From an uncultured Arcobacteraceae bacterium (lineage in GTDB: Bacteria > Campylobacterota > Campylobacteria > Campylobacterales > Arcobacteraceae), in NCBI GenBank assembly GCA_964022095.1, contig CAXHZO010000002.1, positions 64,001 to 128,000 of the forward strand: 64,000 nt of DNA. The letters are read 5' to 3'. Positions 9,741-19,362 of this stretch are shown in pieces. Numbering within the stretch: position 1 is the stretch's first letter; the number at the start of each line of letters is the position of its first letter. Below the pieces are notes generated by a model, which saw only the letters and a program-made list of their open reading frames with translations, ran no database searches and was not told where the DNA came from. The position numbers and the translations under genes are program-made.

Positions 9741-9777
9741 ATAAAAATATATAGAAAAAATTTCTATATATTTTTAT
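9741..9777 (-). terminator. Perfect 17-bp hairpin, probable terminator of the CNNM-carbonic anhydrase operon
   Basis: ATAAAAATATATAGAAA-AAA-TTTCTATATATTTTTAT immediately after the stop at 9779. Confidence 0.7.
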
Positions 9778-9778
9778 A

Positions 9779-10543
9779 TTAGTCTAAGATATATCTAGAG
9801 TTAGTCTCTTGGATAGGTCTATTGTTTTTAGGCATAGCATTTTGAAAGTCTGCTAATTGACTTTTTGAAATTGTAACTGAATCTTTTAATACAACCCATC
9901 TAACACCTTCACTACAAGGAGGAGTTGTTAAAGAACCTAAGAATGTATAGTAGTCTTTGCTTTGAGGTAACATTTCATAACCTTCAACAACAGATTTAAT
10001 CTCTTTAGATACTTTTTCACCATCTTCACTTAGTTCTGGTAGGTTTCTTAATAATTTATTTAAAGTAATGTTATCTTCATTAGACTCTTCAAACATTACA
10101 CCAATTACTGCTAAATTATTGTATGAATCAGCATGTACAAAATGCGCTTCCATTGGGTATGATTTACCATCTATTTGGTTTTCACTTGGAGTATGGAAAT
10201 GAACTTGTTTTAAAGAGTATTTACTATCATCAATTGTTAAATAGTTTCCACTATTAAAATTAACTTGAACAGTATGCCCATTATTTACAAAAGTAGATGC
10301 TTTAGCTTCTCCTTGTAATAAAAGTGGGCTTAAGTTTGCATCAATAGAATTAGTTATATTTATTGGTGATTGAATAACTCCATCAGCACACATATGATAT
10401 CTCTCATCTAAGCTTGCCCATTCTTTTGGACCTTCATCTTCACCATAGTTCCAATGTGCATACTCTTTTGGCTCTCCCTCACTTAAAAGTAAAGCAGCAA
10501 CAAAAACAACAAAAATAGCTATAATAGTGTTTTTTTGACTCAT
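9779..10543 (-). CDS. Alpha-class carbonic anhydrase, periplasmic
   Basis: HWNY, QSPINI, NNGHTVQV, QVHFHTPSE, EAHFVH, GSLTTPPCSEGV, NNRPIQ; signal sequence. Confidence 0.96.
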   Translation of the reverse strand: MSQKNTIIAIFVVFVAALLLSEGEPKEYAHWNYGEDEGPKEWASLDERYHMCADGVIQSPINITNSIDANLSPLLLQGEAKASTFVNNGHTVQVNFNSGNYLTIDDSKYSLKQVHFHTPSENQIDGKSYPMEAHFVHADSYNNLAVIGVMFEESNEDNITLNKLLRNLPELSEDGEKVSKEIKSVVEGYEMLPQSKDYYTFLGSLTTPPCSEGVRWVVLKDSVTISKSQLADFQNAMPKNNRPIQETNSRYILD

Positions 10544-11586
10544 TTAATTTCCTTTTCTTTTTCTTTTCTTTTAGCTTTCATTTTATTTAATGCAAGTCTT
10601 CTCATATCAGCAGTCGTATCTGACTCATCCATGATTTCAAGACCTAGCAGTGTCTCAATACAGTCTTCTAATGTAACAATCCCTTCAGTTTGATCATATG
10701 AATCATGTACTATGAACATATGCTCTTTTTTCTGGATAAACATGTTTAATGCTTTTGAAACAGGTATATTCTCATGTAAAGAAATTACAGGTTTCATAAT
10801 ACTTTCAATCACAGTGTGACTGTCATTAATTGCATGTTTAAATAGTTTTTTTGTTAAAACTATTCCTACAATATTATCAACACTACCATCATAAATAGGA
10901 ACTCTAGAAAATTTAAAAGTTCTTTTATCTTCAGTAATATCTTTAATAATTGCCTCTTTAGGTATTGCATACATAACAGACCTAGGAGTTAAAATATCTT
11001 TAACTTTAATATTGTTTAATGTTAAAGTATTTTCAATAATATCAGATTCTAAATCACCGATAATTCCTTCTTCTTCACTAAGTAAAGTAGAGTGAATTAA
11101 CTCCTCTCTAGATATTGTATCATTATTTTCTTTACCTATTTTCTTTGTAACGAATTGTGTCATAATAATTATTGGATATGTTACGAAAATAAAAAAATTT
11201 ATGATTCTTGCTGCATATGGAGCTAATTCTTTCCAATAAACTGCACCAATAGTTTTTGGTATTATTTCTGCAAAAAATAAAATCATGAATGTTAATATAA
11301 TAGATACAACCATAACTAAAGTTTTATCACCATCAAAAACATTTTGAGCTTGTACACCAATAGCAGTTGCACCTAAAGTGTTAGCAATTGTATTAAGTAT
11401 CAAAATTGAAGCAATAGAACTATCTATGTCTGTTTTTAATTTTTTTAGAAGTTTACCAGCTTTGGGATTATTATCCTCTAATACTGATATGTAAGAAATG
11501 TTCGTAGATAATAGAATAGATTCTAAGACTGAACATAAGAACGATGTACCGATAACCGCAACAAATAGTAAGACTAAAATTTCCAT
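10540..11586 (-). CDS. CNNM/DUF21 plus CBS-pair protein (CorB/hemolysin-like family, putative Mg2+/Co2+ transporter)
   Basis: SFLCSVLES, ILILNTIANT, FAEIIPKTIG, TPRS, FSRVPIY, GIVTLED. Confidence 0.92.
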   Translation of the reverse strand: MEILVLLFVAVIGTSFLCSVLESILLSTNISYISVLEDNNPKAGKLLKKLKTDIDSSIASILILNTIANTLGATAIGVQAQNVFDGDKTLVMVVSIILTFMILFFAEIIPKTIGAVYWKELAPYAARIINFFIFVTYPIIIMTQFVTKKIGKENNDTISREELIHSTLLSEEEGIIGDLESDIIENTLTLNNIKVKDILTPRSVMYAIPKEAIIKDITEDKRTFKFSRVPIYDGSVDNIVGIVLTKKLFKHAINDSHTVIESIMKPVISLHENIPVSKALNMFIQKKEHMFIVHDSYDQTEGIVTLEDCIETLLGLEIMDESDTTADMRRLALNKMKAKRKEKEKEIK

Positions 11587-11633
11587 TTTATCTCACCTTT
11601 AAATAAACTGCACCTCGGGGAACTATCTTCCAA
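11574..11633 (-). CDS. Putative leader peptide (uORF) MEDSSPRCSLFKGEIKWKF overlapping the CNNM gene start
   Basis: SD AAGGAG (11645-11640), 6 nt, TTG at 11633; stop TAG at 11576-11574, out of frame inside the CNNM gene. Confidence 0.5.
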   Translation of the reverse strand: MEDSSPRCSLFKGEIKWKF

Positions 11634-11711
11634 TCACTACTCCTTGTTTTTATAAATTTAATTACTAATAATATCAAAAAATACTTAATATTATTGTTTA
11701 TTTTAAAACTT

Positions 11712-11741
11712 TTGACAAAAATCACATTTTTTTTGTATAAT
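11712..11741 (+). promoter_or_regulatory. Consensus sigma70 promoter of flaG-like gene
   Basis: TTGACA (11712-11717), 18 nt, TATAAT (11736-11741). Confidence 0.8.
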
Positions 11742-11781
11742 TTCATTAGAGGGGTTATTTTTTTATTGAAAGGAGTACGTT

Positions 11782-12135
11782 ATGGAATATGGATTAATAC
11801 CAAATATTGATCAGTATACAGACAATAAATCTTTAGAAATTCAAAAAATTCAACCAAGTAATGAAACTTCAGAAGTAAGTTCAAAAAAACAATTAGAACA
11901 ACTTCAAGAAACAGTGATCCAAAAAGAAAAAGAGGTTTCAAAAGCTGAAAAAATTGAATCTCAAAATTTAAATAGTCAATACGAAGTCGTATTAGCTAAT
12001 ACAAATTTTGGATTTAATAATCAGTCTAAAGATTTTTATGTAAAAGTTCAAAGAGGAGATATTGAAAATCAGTATCCTACTGAACAAATGATGAAAATGA
12101 AAGCCTTTATGATGAATTTAGATTCTGCATCATAA
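11782..12135 (+). CDS. FlaG-like flagellar protein
   Basis: C-terminal TNFGFNNQSKDFYVKV...QYPTEQMMKM resembles the FlaG pattern; SD AAGGAG. Confidence 0.6.
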   Translation: MEYGLIPNIDQYTDNKSLEIQKIQPSNETSEVSSKKQLEQLQETVIQKEKEVSKAEKIESQNLNSQYEVVLANTNFGFNNQSKDFYVKVQRGDIENQYPTEQMMKMKAFMMNLDSAS

Positions 12136-12146
12136 AATGGAAGAAG

Positions 12147-13526
12147 TTATTTTAAGCTAGATGCATTGATAACTTGGTTTCTTCCACTTTGTTTTGCATT
12201 ATACATTGCAATATCTGCATTGGCTAACACTTCTTTAATTTCACTATGTTTATGGGCTTCACTAACACCAAATGATGCAGTTATTTGTCGTATTTCAAAG
12301 TTTTCATTTTCTATTAATTCTTTAAGTCTTTGAGCAATTATATTAGCTTCACTTTCATTTGTATTTTTACAAATTACTAAAAACTCTTCACCACCCCATC
12401 TTCCTAAAATATCATTAGAGTTTGTATTTTCTTTTAATAATTTTGCAAGACGAATTAATACTTTATCTCCCTCTAAGTGCCCAAAAACATCATTTATTTC
12501 TTTAAAGTTATCAATATCTAATAAAATTAAAGAGTACTTTTTGTTTTTTAATTGATTTAAAATCTCATCTATTTTTCTTCTATTGTAAAGTTTTGTTAAT
12601 GAGTCGGTTGTTGATAGCTCTTGTAACTGTTTATTATACTTTTTTAAATCTTTTTGTTTAAATATATAAAAGAGTATTAAAAGTATTAGTAAAATTATTA
12701 TTTGATAAAAGTATTCATAGTCTACAAATCTTTTATCAAACTTTACAGTTAGCCATTGATTGATTAAATCAGCTTTATCTTTTAGTGTTATTTGTGCAAT
12801 ATGTTTATTTATGACACTTAGTAGTTCTGGGTAATCATTTCTTACCATAAAAGAAATATTTACTTTTTCATCACTAGTCCCAGAAATTTTAAGATTATAG
12901 TACCCATTTAATGATATTAAGTGTGCAATTACAGGTAAAATGTCAATTACTGCATCAACTTTTCCTGCACTTAGTAGTTTCATCGCTACTTCAGTGTTTT
13001 TTACAAGTATAAAATTAATTTTCGGATATCTTTTTTTCATAATTAAGTAAGAACTATAGTTTTCACCCACTGCAACTCTTTTACCTTCTAAAAAAGAACC
13101 ATTTGGTATAAATCTTTTATCAAATAGTGTTGCAAAGGCAATAGGAAAAGAGATATAAGGGGTTGAAAATTGAGCATAAGATTTCTTTTGACTATCATAT
13201 GTTGTTCCTAACGTTATATCAGCTTCTTTCTTCTTAATTGAATCTAAAACATCATTCCAATCTTTAGCAATAATTGTATCTGATTTAATTCCTGCTCTTT
13301 GAGAAATTAAGTTCCAAAAATCAACAGCAATTCCTGATAATTTTTCTTCTTTATTATTCATGTTTATAGGTGCCCAAGTTTTCGAAGAAATTACTTTTAT
13401 ATTGGTATTTTCAATAAAACTTTTTTCTTCATTCGATAGTGAAATATATGATGCTACATCTTCTTGAGAATAGGCTATATTTATAAGAATCAATAAAGAA
13501 CTAATTAATTTAGTAAAACTTTTCAT
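12147..13526 (-). CDS. Diguanylate cyclase with periplasmic PBPb sensor domain
   Basis: Signal peptide, PBP domain, TM helix, TDSLTKLYNRR, DIDNFKEIND, RWGGEEF. Confidence 0.95.
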   Translation of the reverse strand: MKSFTKLISSLLILINIAYSQEDVASYISLSNEEKSFIENTNIKVISSKTWAPINMNNKEEKLSGIAVDFWNLISQRAGIKSDTIIAKDWNDVLDSIKKKEADITLGTTYDSQKKSYAQFSTPYISFPIAFATLFDKRFIPNGSFLEGKRVAVGENYSSYLIMKKRYPKINFILVKNTEVAMKLLSAGKVDAVIDILPVIAHLISLNGYYNLKISGTSDEKVNISFMVRNDYPELLSVINKHIAQITLKDKADLINQWLTVKFDKRFVDYEYFYQIIILLILLILFYIFKQKDLKKYNKQLQELSTTDSLTKLYNRRKIDEILNQLKNKKYSLILLDIDNFKEINDVFGHLEGDKVLIRLAKLLKENTNSNDILGRWGGEEFLVICKNTNESEANIIAQRLKELIENENFEIRQITASFGVSEAHKHSEIKEVLANADIAMYNAKQSGRNQVINASSLK

Positions 13527-13536
13527 GTGTGCCTTT

Positions 13537-13881
13537 TTATAATATCTTACTGTTTAAATCTATTAAAATATTTTTAGCTTTATAGTATTTGTCTTTTTCT
13601 TCAAAATCTACATCATCCAACAAAGGAACATATTTTTCAAAAGCAGGCCAAACTTTTTTATATCCATTTGGTCTTTTTTTTATATGATATAAAGCAAGTG
13701 CTGTTGCACCATTTATTAAACCTTTTAAAACAAGGGCTTTATTTTTTAAGCCTTGTTTTTTATACTTATTCCAATCATCTTCAAGTAATTCATGGGCCTG
13801 TACATAATAGCCATTTTGTATTGCAAATATAAATCTATCAATTGCAGTTTTTTGTTTAAAAATTGTATAGTCTATTTTCAT
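13537..13881 (-). CDS. DUF309 domain protein
   Basis: YYVQAHELLEDDW and LKGLINGATAL motifs. Confidence 0.8.
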   Translation of the reverse strand: MKIDYTIFKQKTAIDRFIFAIQNGYYVQAHELLEDDWNKYKKQGLKNKALVLKGLINGATALALYHIKKRPNGYKKVWPAFEKYVPLLDDVDFEEKDKYYKAKNILIDLNSKIL

Positions 13882-13885
13882 AAAA

Positions 13886-16702
13886 TTACTTTATACTTAA
13901 CTCTTTTTCTAAATAATATCCAGTATATGAACCAGATTTTTTGTGATTTTTAGCTAGATTTTCAGGAGTTCCTTCATCAACTATCATACCACCTTTACTT
14001 CCACCTTCAGGACCCATATCTATAACCCAATCAGAATTTTTAATTACATCTAAATTATGCTCAATTACAAGTACAGAGTTTCCAACTTCAACAAGGTGAT
14101 GTAAAACTTTTGTAAGTCTATCAACATCTGCAAAGTGAAGTCCTGTTGTTGGCTCATCTAATACATAAAGAGTATTTCCAGTATCTTTTTTACTTAACTC
14201 TTTTGATAGTTTGATTCTTTGAGCTTCTCCTCCTGAAAGTGTTACAGCATTTTGACCAAGAGTAATATATCCAAGTCCCACATCGCTTAAAGTTTGAAGT
14301 TTAGCTTTAATTTTTGGAACTTTTATAAAGAACTCTAAAGCTTCATCAACACTCATACTTAATACTTCAGATATATTTTTCCCTTTATATAAAATCTCTA
14401 ATGTTTGAGCATTATATCTATGTCCACCACAGTCATCACACTTAACCATAATATCTGGTAAGAAGTGCATTTCAATTTTTATTTCACCTTCACCTTGACA
14501 TTTTTCACATCTTCCACCTTTAACATTAAATGAAAATCTACCTATTTTATAACCTCTAAGGCTAGCTTCTTTTGTTTTAGAAAATAGTGTTCTAATTTCA
14601 TCCATTAAACCTGTATACGTTGCAGGGTTAGATCTTGGAGTTCTACCAATTGGTGATTGGTCTAAGTAGATCACTTTATCAAGTTTTTCAAGTCCAGTTA
14701 TTTCAACTCCATCAACTTTGTTTACTTTTCTAGCATGATTTAATAACTCTTTTGCTACTGGAAGTAGGGTTTGTAAAATAAGTGAAGATTTCCCACTTCC
14801 ACTAACCCCTGTAATTGCACAAAGGTTTTTTAGTGGAATTTGAACATTTAGATTTTCAATATTATTTATCGTTACATTTTTTATTTCAATAAACTCTTCT
14901 TGGGGTCTATTGTGTGCATAATCGATTTTCTTTTTTCCATTCATGTACTGTGCAGTTAGTGTTTTTGCTTTGTTCATTTGAGGAAGTGTTCCTGCAAATA
15001 CAATTTCTCCACCATATTTACCTGCATTTGGACCAATATCAACTATATAATCAGCAGCTTCAATTGTCTCTTTATCATGCTCAACTACAATTACAGTATT
15101 ACCTTTTTCTTGTAAGGCTTTTAGTGTTTTAATAAGTTTACTTGTATCTCTTTCATGTAAACCAATTGATGGCTCATCAAGTACATACATTACACCAGTT
15201 AATCCAGAACCAATTTGTGAAGCAACTCTAATTCTTTGAGCTTCTCCCCCTGAAATTGTTCTTGCATCTCTTCCTAGTGTTATATATCCAAGTCCTACAT
15301 CATGTAAGAAGAAAATTCTCTCTTTTATCTCTTTTAAAATTGGTTTTGAAATCATTTGATTTTGTTCATTAAAGTATTCAAAGTTTTTTTCATCTTGGAA
15401 AAATGCATGGGCATCTTCAATTGGTTGGTTTATAATATCTGAAATGGTTTTTTGAGCTACAAAAACACTTTGAGAAGATGGTTTTAATCTATTTCCATTA
15501 CAGTCACTACATCTTTTTTCAGTCATGTATTCAGCCATCTCTTTTTCATCTTTGATCATGTCATATGCTAGCTTTATTACACCTTCCCATTTTCTTGTAA
15601 GTTTATGTCTTTTCCATGTAAATTTTGCTTCTTCTACCCCACCATGTAAAATTGCTTTTTGTTTATGAGAGGGTAACTCTTTAAATGGTATTTTAATATC
15701 AATATCAGCTGCTTCACAATAAGCCATAAGCATTTTGAAATAAAAACCTTTATTAAATCCATAGATGACTTTAATTGCACCATCTTCAAGTGGCAACTCA
15801 TCATTAACTACTTTTTTCATATCAAGTGCATATCTAATACCAAGTCCATCACAAGAACTACAAGCTCCTTTTGGTGAGTTAAATGAGAATGATAATGGCT
15901 CTAATGGTTCAAAAGATATTTTACAATCAAAACAAGCCATGTGCTCACTATAGTGAATATGTTTATCCGTTCCAACTTCCTCATGATTCATAACTTCAAC
16001 TTCAAGCTCTCCAAAAGATTCTTTTAAACCTTTCTCTACATCTTGTGCAATTCTATCTTTGTTTTCTTCTTTGATAACTACTCTATCAATTACTACTTTG
16101 ATAGTATGCATTTTATTCTTTTCTAATTCTATGTCTTCATCAAGTCTTGCCATAACTCCATCAATCATGGCTCTTACATAACCTTTACCTCTAAGACTTT
16201 CAAGTAAATCAGCAAATGTTCCTTTTTTCCTATTTATTAATGGTGCTAAAATAACTATTTTTGAATTATCAGGTAATTTCAATACTTGATCAATTACATC
16301 ACTTGCACTCATTTGTGAAATAGGTTCGCCACATTTATGACAATGTTGTTTTCCAACTCTTGCATATAGTAATCTTAAGTAATCATATACTTCTGTAATC
16401 GTTCCAACAGTTGATCTTGGATTTTTAGAAGTTGTTTTTTGATCAATTGCAATTGCAGGAGTTAAACCTTCAATTCTTTCAACATCAGGTTTTCCTACTT
16501 TGTCCAAGAATTGTCTAGCATAAGCAGAAAGTGATTCTATATATCTTCTTTGACCTTCTGCGTATAATGTATCAAACGCTAGTGTAGATTTACCAGAACC
16601 AGATAGTCCTGTAAAAACTATTAGCTTGTTTTTGGGTATTTCTAGATTTATATTTTTTAAATTATTTTCTTTTGCATTAAATATTTTGATTGAATCTTTC
16701 AT
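13886..16702 (-). CDS. uvrA: Excinuclease ABC subunit A
   Basis: Two ABC cassettes (GLSGSGKS, GVSGSGKS, SGGEAQR twice), zinc fingers, LYAEGQRRY. Confidence 0.99.
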   Translation of the reverse strand: MKDSIKIFNAKENNLKNINLEIPKNKLIVFTGLSGSGKSTLAFDTLYAEGQRRYIESLSAYARQFLDKVGKPDVERIEGLTPAIAIDQKTTSKNPRSTVGTITEVYDYLRLLYARVGKQHCHKCGEPISQMSASDVIDQVLKLPDNSKIVILAPLINRKKGTFADLLESLRGKGYVRAMIDGVMARLDEDIELEKNKMHTIKVVIDRVVIKEENKDRIAQDVEKGLKESFGELEVEVMNHEEVGTDKHIHYSEHMACFDCKISFEPLEPLSFSFNSPKGACSSCDGLGIRYALDMKKVVNDELPLEDGAIKVIYGFNKGFYFKMLMAYCEAADIDIKIPFKELPSHKQKAILHGGVEEAKFTWKRHKLTRKWEGVIKLAYDMIKDEKEMAEYMTEKRCSDCNGNRLKPSSQSVFVAQKTISDIINQPIEDAHAFFQDEKNFEYFNEQNQMISKPILKEIKERIFFLHDVGLGYITLGRDARTISGGEAQRIRVASQIGSGLTGVMYVLDEPSIGLHERDTSKLIKTLKALQEKGNTVIVVEHDKETIEAADYIVDIGPNAGKYGGEIVFAGTLPQMNKAKTLTAQYMNGKKKIDYAHNRPQEEFIEIKNVTINNIENLNVQIPLKNLCAITGVSGSGKSSLILQTLLPVAKELLNHARKVNKVDGVEITGLEKLDKVIYLDQSPIGRTPRSNPATYTGLMDEIRTLFSKTKEASLRGYKIGRFSFNVKGGRCEKCQGEGEIKIEMHFLPDIMVKCDDCGGHRYNAQTLEILYKGKNISEVLSMSVDEALEFFIKVPKIKAKLQTLSDVGLGYITLGQNAVTLSGGEAQRIKLSKELSKKDTGNTLYVLDEPTTGLHFADVDRLTKVLHHLVEVGNSVLVIEHNLDVIKNSDWVIDMGPEGGSKGGMIVDEGTPENLAKNHKKSGSYTGYYLEKELSIK

Positions 16703-16815
16703 TAATAGTTGCCTTTAAATTTTTGAAGCTAATATTATAGGGTACATTACATAATAATCTATTAAAGATAATTTAGATATTTTTTGAAAGTGACTTACAT
16801 AAAAAGGTTATTAGT

Positions 16816-19362
16816 GTGAATAGATATATTAATAATTTTAGGTTCGGTGATAATTTATTTTATTACTGTGATTTAAAAAAGCTTTATAATGATTATCCTG
16901 TTTTAGAAAAATTGCCTAATTGTTTAAAAGTATTATTAGAATCAAATGTTAGAAATAGTAATGATTATAATTTAGAATCTATTATTGATATATTTGTCTC
17001 AAAAAATAAAAATAAAAAAATTCAGTTCGAAGCAACTAGAATTATTATGCAAGATTTAACTTCAATTCCTATTTTAATTGATTTGGCTTCTATGAGAGAA
17101 GAGGCTTTAAATATAGGTGAAGATATAGATAAAATTAATCCAAACGTTATGGTCGATTTAATTATTGACCACTCTTTAGATATATCAAAAACAAGCACTT
17201 CTGATAGCTTGGAAATAAATTTAAAAAATGAAATATCAAAAAATGAAGAGAAATATGAGTTTATTAAATGGGCTTCTAATAGTTTTAAAAACTTTTCAGT
17301 AGTTCCTCCTGGTTTTGGAATATCTCATCAAATAAATTTAGAATACCTTTCTACAATGATTTGTTTAAAACAAATAGATGAAAAGGTTTTTATATATCCT
17401 GAAACCGTTGTTGGTACTGATTTACACACAAGTATGATTAACTCATTAGGTATTTTAGGATGGGAAATAGGTGGCCTTGAAGCACAATGTATGATGTTTG
17501 ATTCTCATTCATCATTCTCTTTACCTAGTATTACAGGTGTAAAGTTAGTTGGAACATTAGATCAAGGTGTTACTATAAGTGATGTTGCTTTAAGTTTTAC
17601 AAACTTTATAAATGAACTAAAAACACATCAAGAGTTTATAGAGTTTTATGGTGAAGGGATAAAAGAGTTATCCTTAGAAGATAGAGCAACAATATCAAAT
17701 ATGGCAAATGAGTATAATGTTGCAGTGTCATTTTTTGGAGTTGATGATAATACTATTTCATATATTGAAAAAACTAGAGGGGTTGATGCTTCGCTAATTA
17801 GACAATACTATACTTTACTTGGTATGTATAATAATTATGATCAACTTGATTATGATGAAAACCTAGAGTTTGATTTATCTTTAGTTAAACCAGTTGTTGC
17901 AGGACCAGCAAGTTCTGAAAATAAAGTTTTAGCAAATAAAGTTCCTAGTAAGTTAAAAAGTTTTAAAAGAGGTAATTTATTAAAAGCAAATGATATTGTT
18001 TTAGGAAGTATAACTTCTTGTATGAGTAGTTCTAATCCTAGCTTAATAATTCAAGCAGCCCTTTTAATCAAAAATGCCATAAATTATGGTTTGGAAATAA
18101 ACTCAAATATCAAAAAAGTTTTTGCACCAGGTTCATATGTAGTTAAGTCTTATTTGAAACAATTAGATTTGTTAAAATATTTTGAGCATATTGGTTTTCA
18201 TATCTCAGGCTTTGGTTGTGCTAGTTGTTTTGGAAATAGTGGAGATTTATTACCTGGAATTGTTGATGAAATTACAAAGTATGACTTAGATGTAAGTTCA
18301 GTTAGTAGCGGCAATAGAAATTTTAAAGAAAATGTAAATCCTTTAGTTAAATCAAACTGGCTAATGTCTCCTGCTTTAGTAGTTGCATACTGTTTAAAAG
18401 GAACAATTAATTGTAATATTATTGATGATGAAATTTCAAAAGGGGTATATCTTAATGATATTTGGCCTAGTAATTTAGAAGTAAATGAGTATCTAAATAA
18501 AATTGATTCTTTACTGTACTTAAAAAGTTATAACAACATTTTTTTAGGAAATAATTATTGGCAAGCTTTAAATATACACAATGAGCCAGTATATGATTGG
18601 AATGAAGATTCAACATATATTCACCCTTCAACATTTTCTAAAAATATTAATATAGAAAAAATTGAAATTAAAAACGCTAGATTATTAGCAGTTTTAGGTG
18701 ATGATATATTAAATGAAGATATTTCTGCAATGGGGAAGATTAGTGAGAACTTAATAGCTAGAGAGTACCTTTTAGAAAAAGGAATTTCCGTTTCACAGCT
18801 TGGAACTTTTGAAAATAGAAAAGGGAATGTTGATTTAATGATAAGAGGAATTTTATCTTCCCCTAATTTAAAAAATAGAATTATATCTCCAAAAGAGGGC
18901 AGTTTGACAAGAGATTATGAAACAAATGAAATAATTTCAATATTTGAATTCTCAAAGAAAATGAAAGCTAAAAACACTCCTTTAGTTCTTTTTGTAGGAG
19001 ATAATTTTGGAGGAGGAGTTATTAGAGATTGGGCATCAAAAGGTTTAAGTATGTTAGGAGTTAAAGCAATTGTTGCAAAATCTTTTGATCATAACTTTAA
19101 ACTAAATTTAGTAAGAGTAGGAATACTACCTTTAGAGTTTGATAAAAATAATGTGGATTCTATAGAGTTTAGTGGAGAAGAGAAAATATCAATTAAAAGG
19201 GAAAATTTAATACCTAATGAAAAAATTGAATTAGATATTGAAAAAAATGGTTTTATTAAAACAGTTATAGTTCAATCTAAATTAGAAAACTTACAAGAAA
19301 TTGATTATTATAGAAGTGGTGGGGCTTTATCTTATATATTTAAAAACATTTACTCTTTTTAA
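16816..19362 (+). CDS. Aconitase A-like protein with degenerate active site
   Basis: Colinear with AcnA (IDHS, HQINLE, ITSC, GCASCFGNSG, SGNRNF, RDWASKG) but several catalytic residues are replaced; GTG start with AAGG SD. Confidence 0.88.
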   Translation: MNRYINNFRFGDNLFYYCDLKKLYNDYPVLEKLPNCLKVLLESNVRNSNDYNLESIIDIFVSKNKNKKIQFEATRIIMQDLTSIPILIDLASMREEALNIGEDIDKINPNVMVDLIIDHSLDISKTSTSDSLEINLKNEISKNEEKYEFIKWASNSFKNFSVVPPGFGISHQINLEYLSTMICLKQIDEKVFIYPETVVGTDLHTSMINSLGILGWEIGGLEAQCMMFDSHSSFSLPSITGVKLVGTLDQGVTISDVALSFTNFINELKTHQEFIEFYGEGIKELSLEDRATISNMANEYNVAVSFFGVDDNTISYIEKTRGVDASLIRQYYTLLGMYNNYDQLDYDENLEFDLSLVKPVVAGPASSENKVLANKVPSKLKSFKRGNLLKANDIVLGSITSCMSSSNPSLIIQAALLIKNAINYGLEINSNIKKVFAPGSYVVKSYLKQLDLLKYFEHIGFHISGFGCASCFGNSGDLLPGIVDEITKYDLDVSSVSSGNRNFKENVNPLVKSNWLMSPALVVAYCLKGTINCNIIDDEISKGVYLNDIWPSNLEVNEYLNKIDSLLYLKSYNNIFLGNNYWQALNIHNEPVYDWNEDSTYIHPSTFSKNINIEKIEIKNARLLAVLGDDILNEDISAMGKISENLIAREYLLEKGISVSQLGTFENRKGNVDLMIRGILSSPNLKNRIISPKEGSLTRDYETNEIISIFEFSKKMKAKNTPLVLFVGDNFGGGVIRDWASKGLSMLGVKAIVAKSFDHNFKLNLVRVGILPLEFDKNNVDSIEFSGEEKISIKRENLIPNEKIELDIEKNGFIKTVIVQSKLENLQEIDYYRSGGALSYIFKNIYSF

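Noticed and set aside
11590-11650. Riboswitch or programmed frameshift upstream of the CNNM gene
   Set aside because: Region is too short and shows no known aptamer consensus; in-frame stops at 11601 and 11595 block a frameshift fusion upstream of them.
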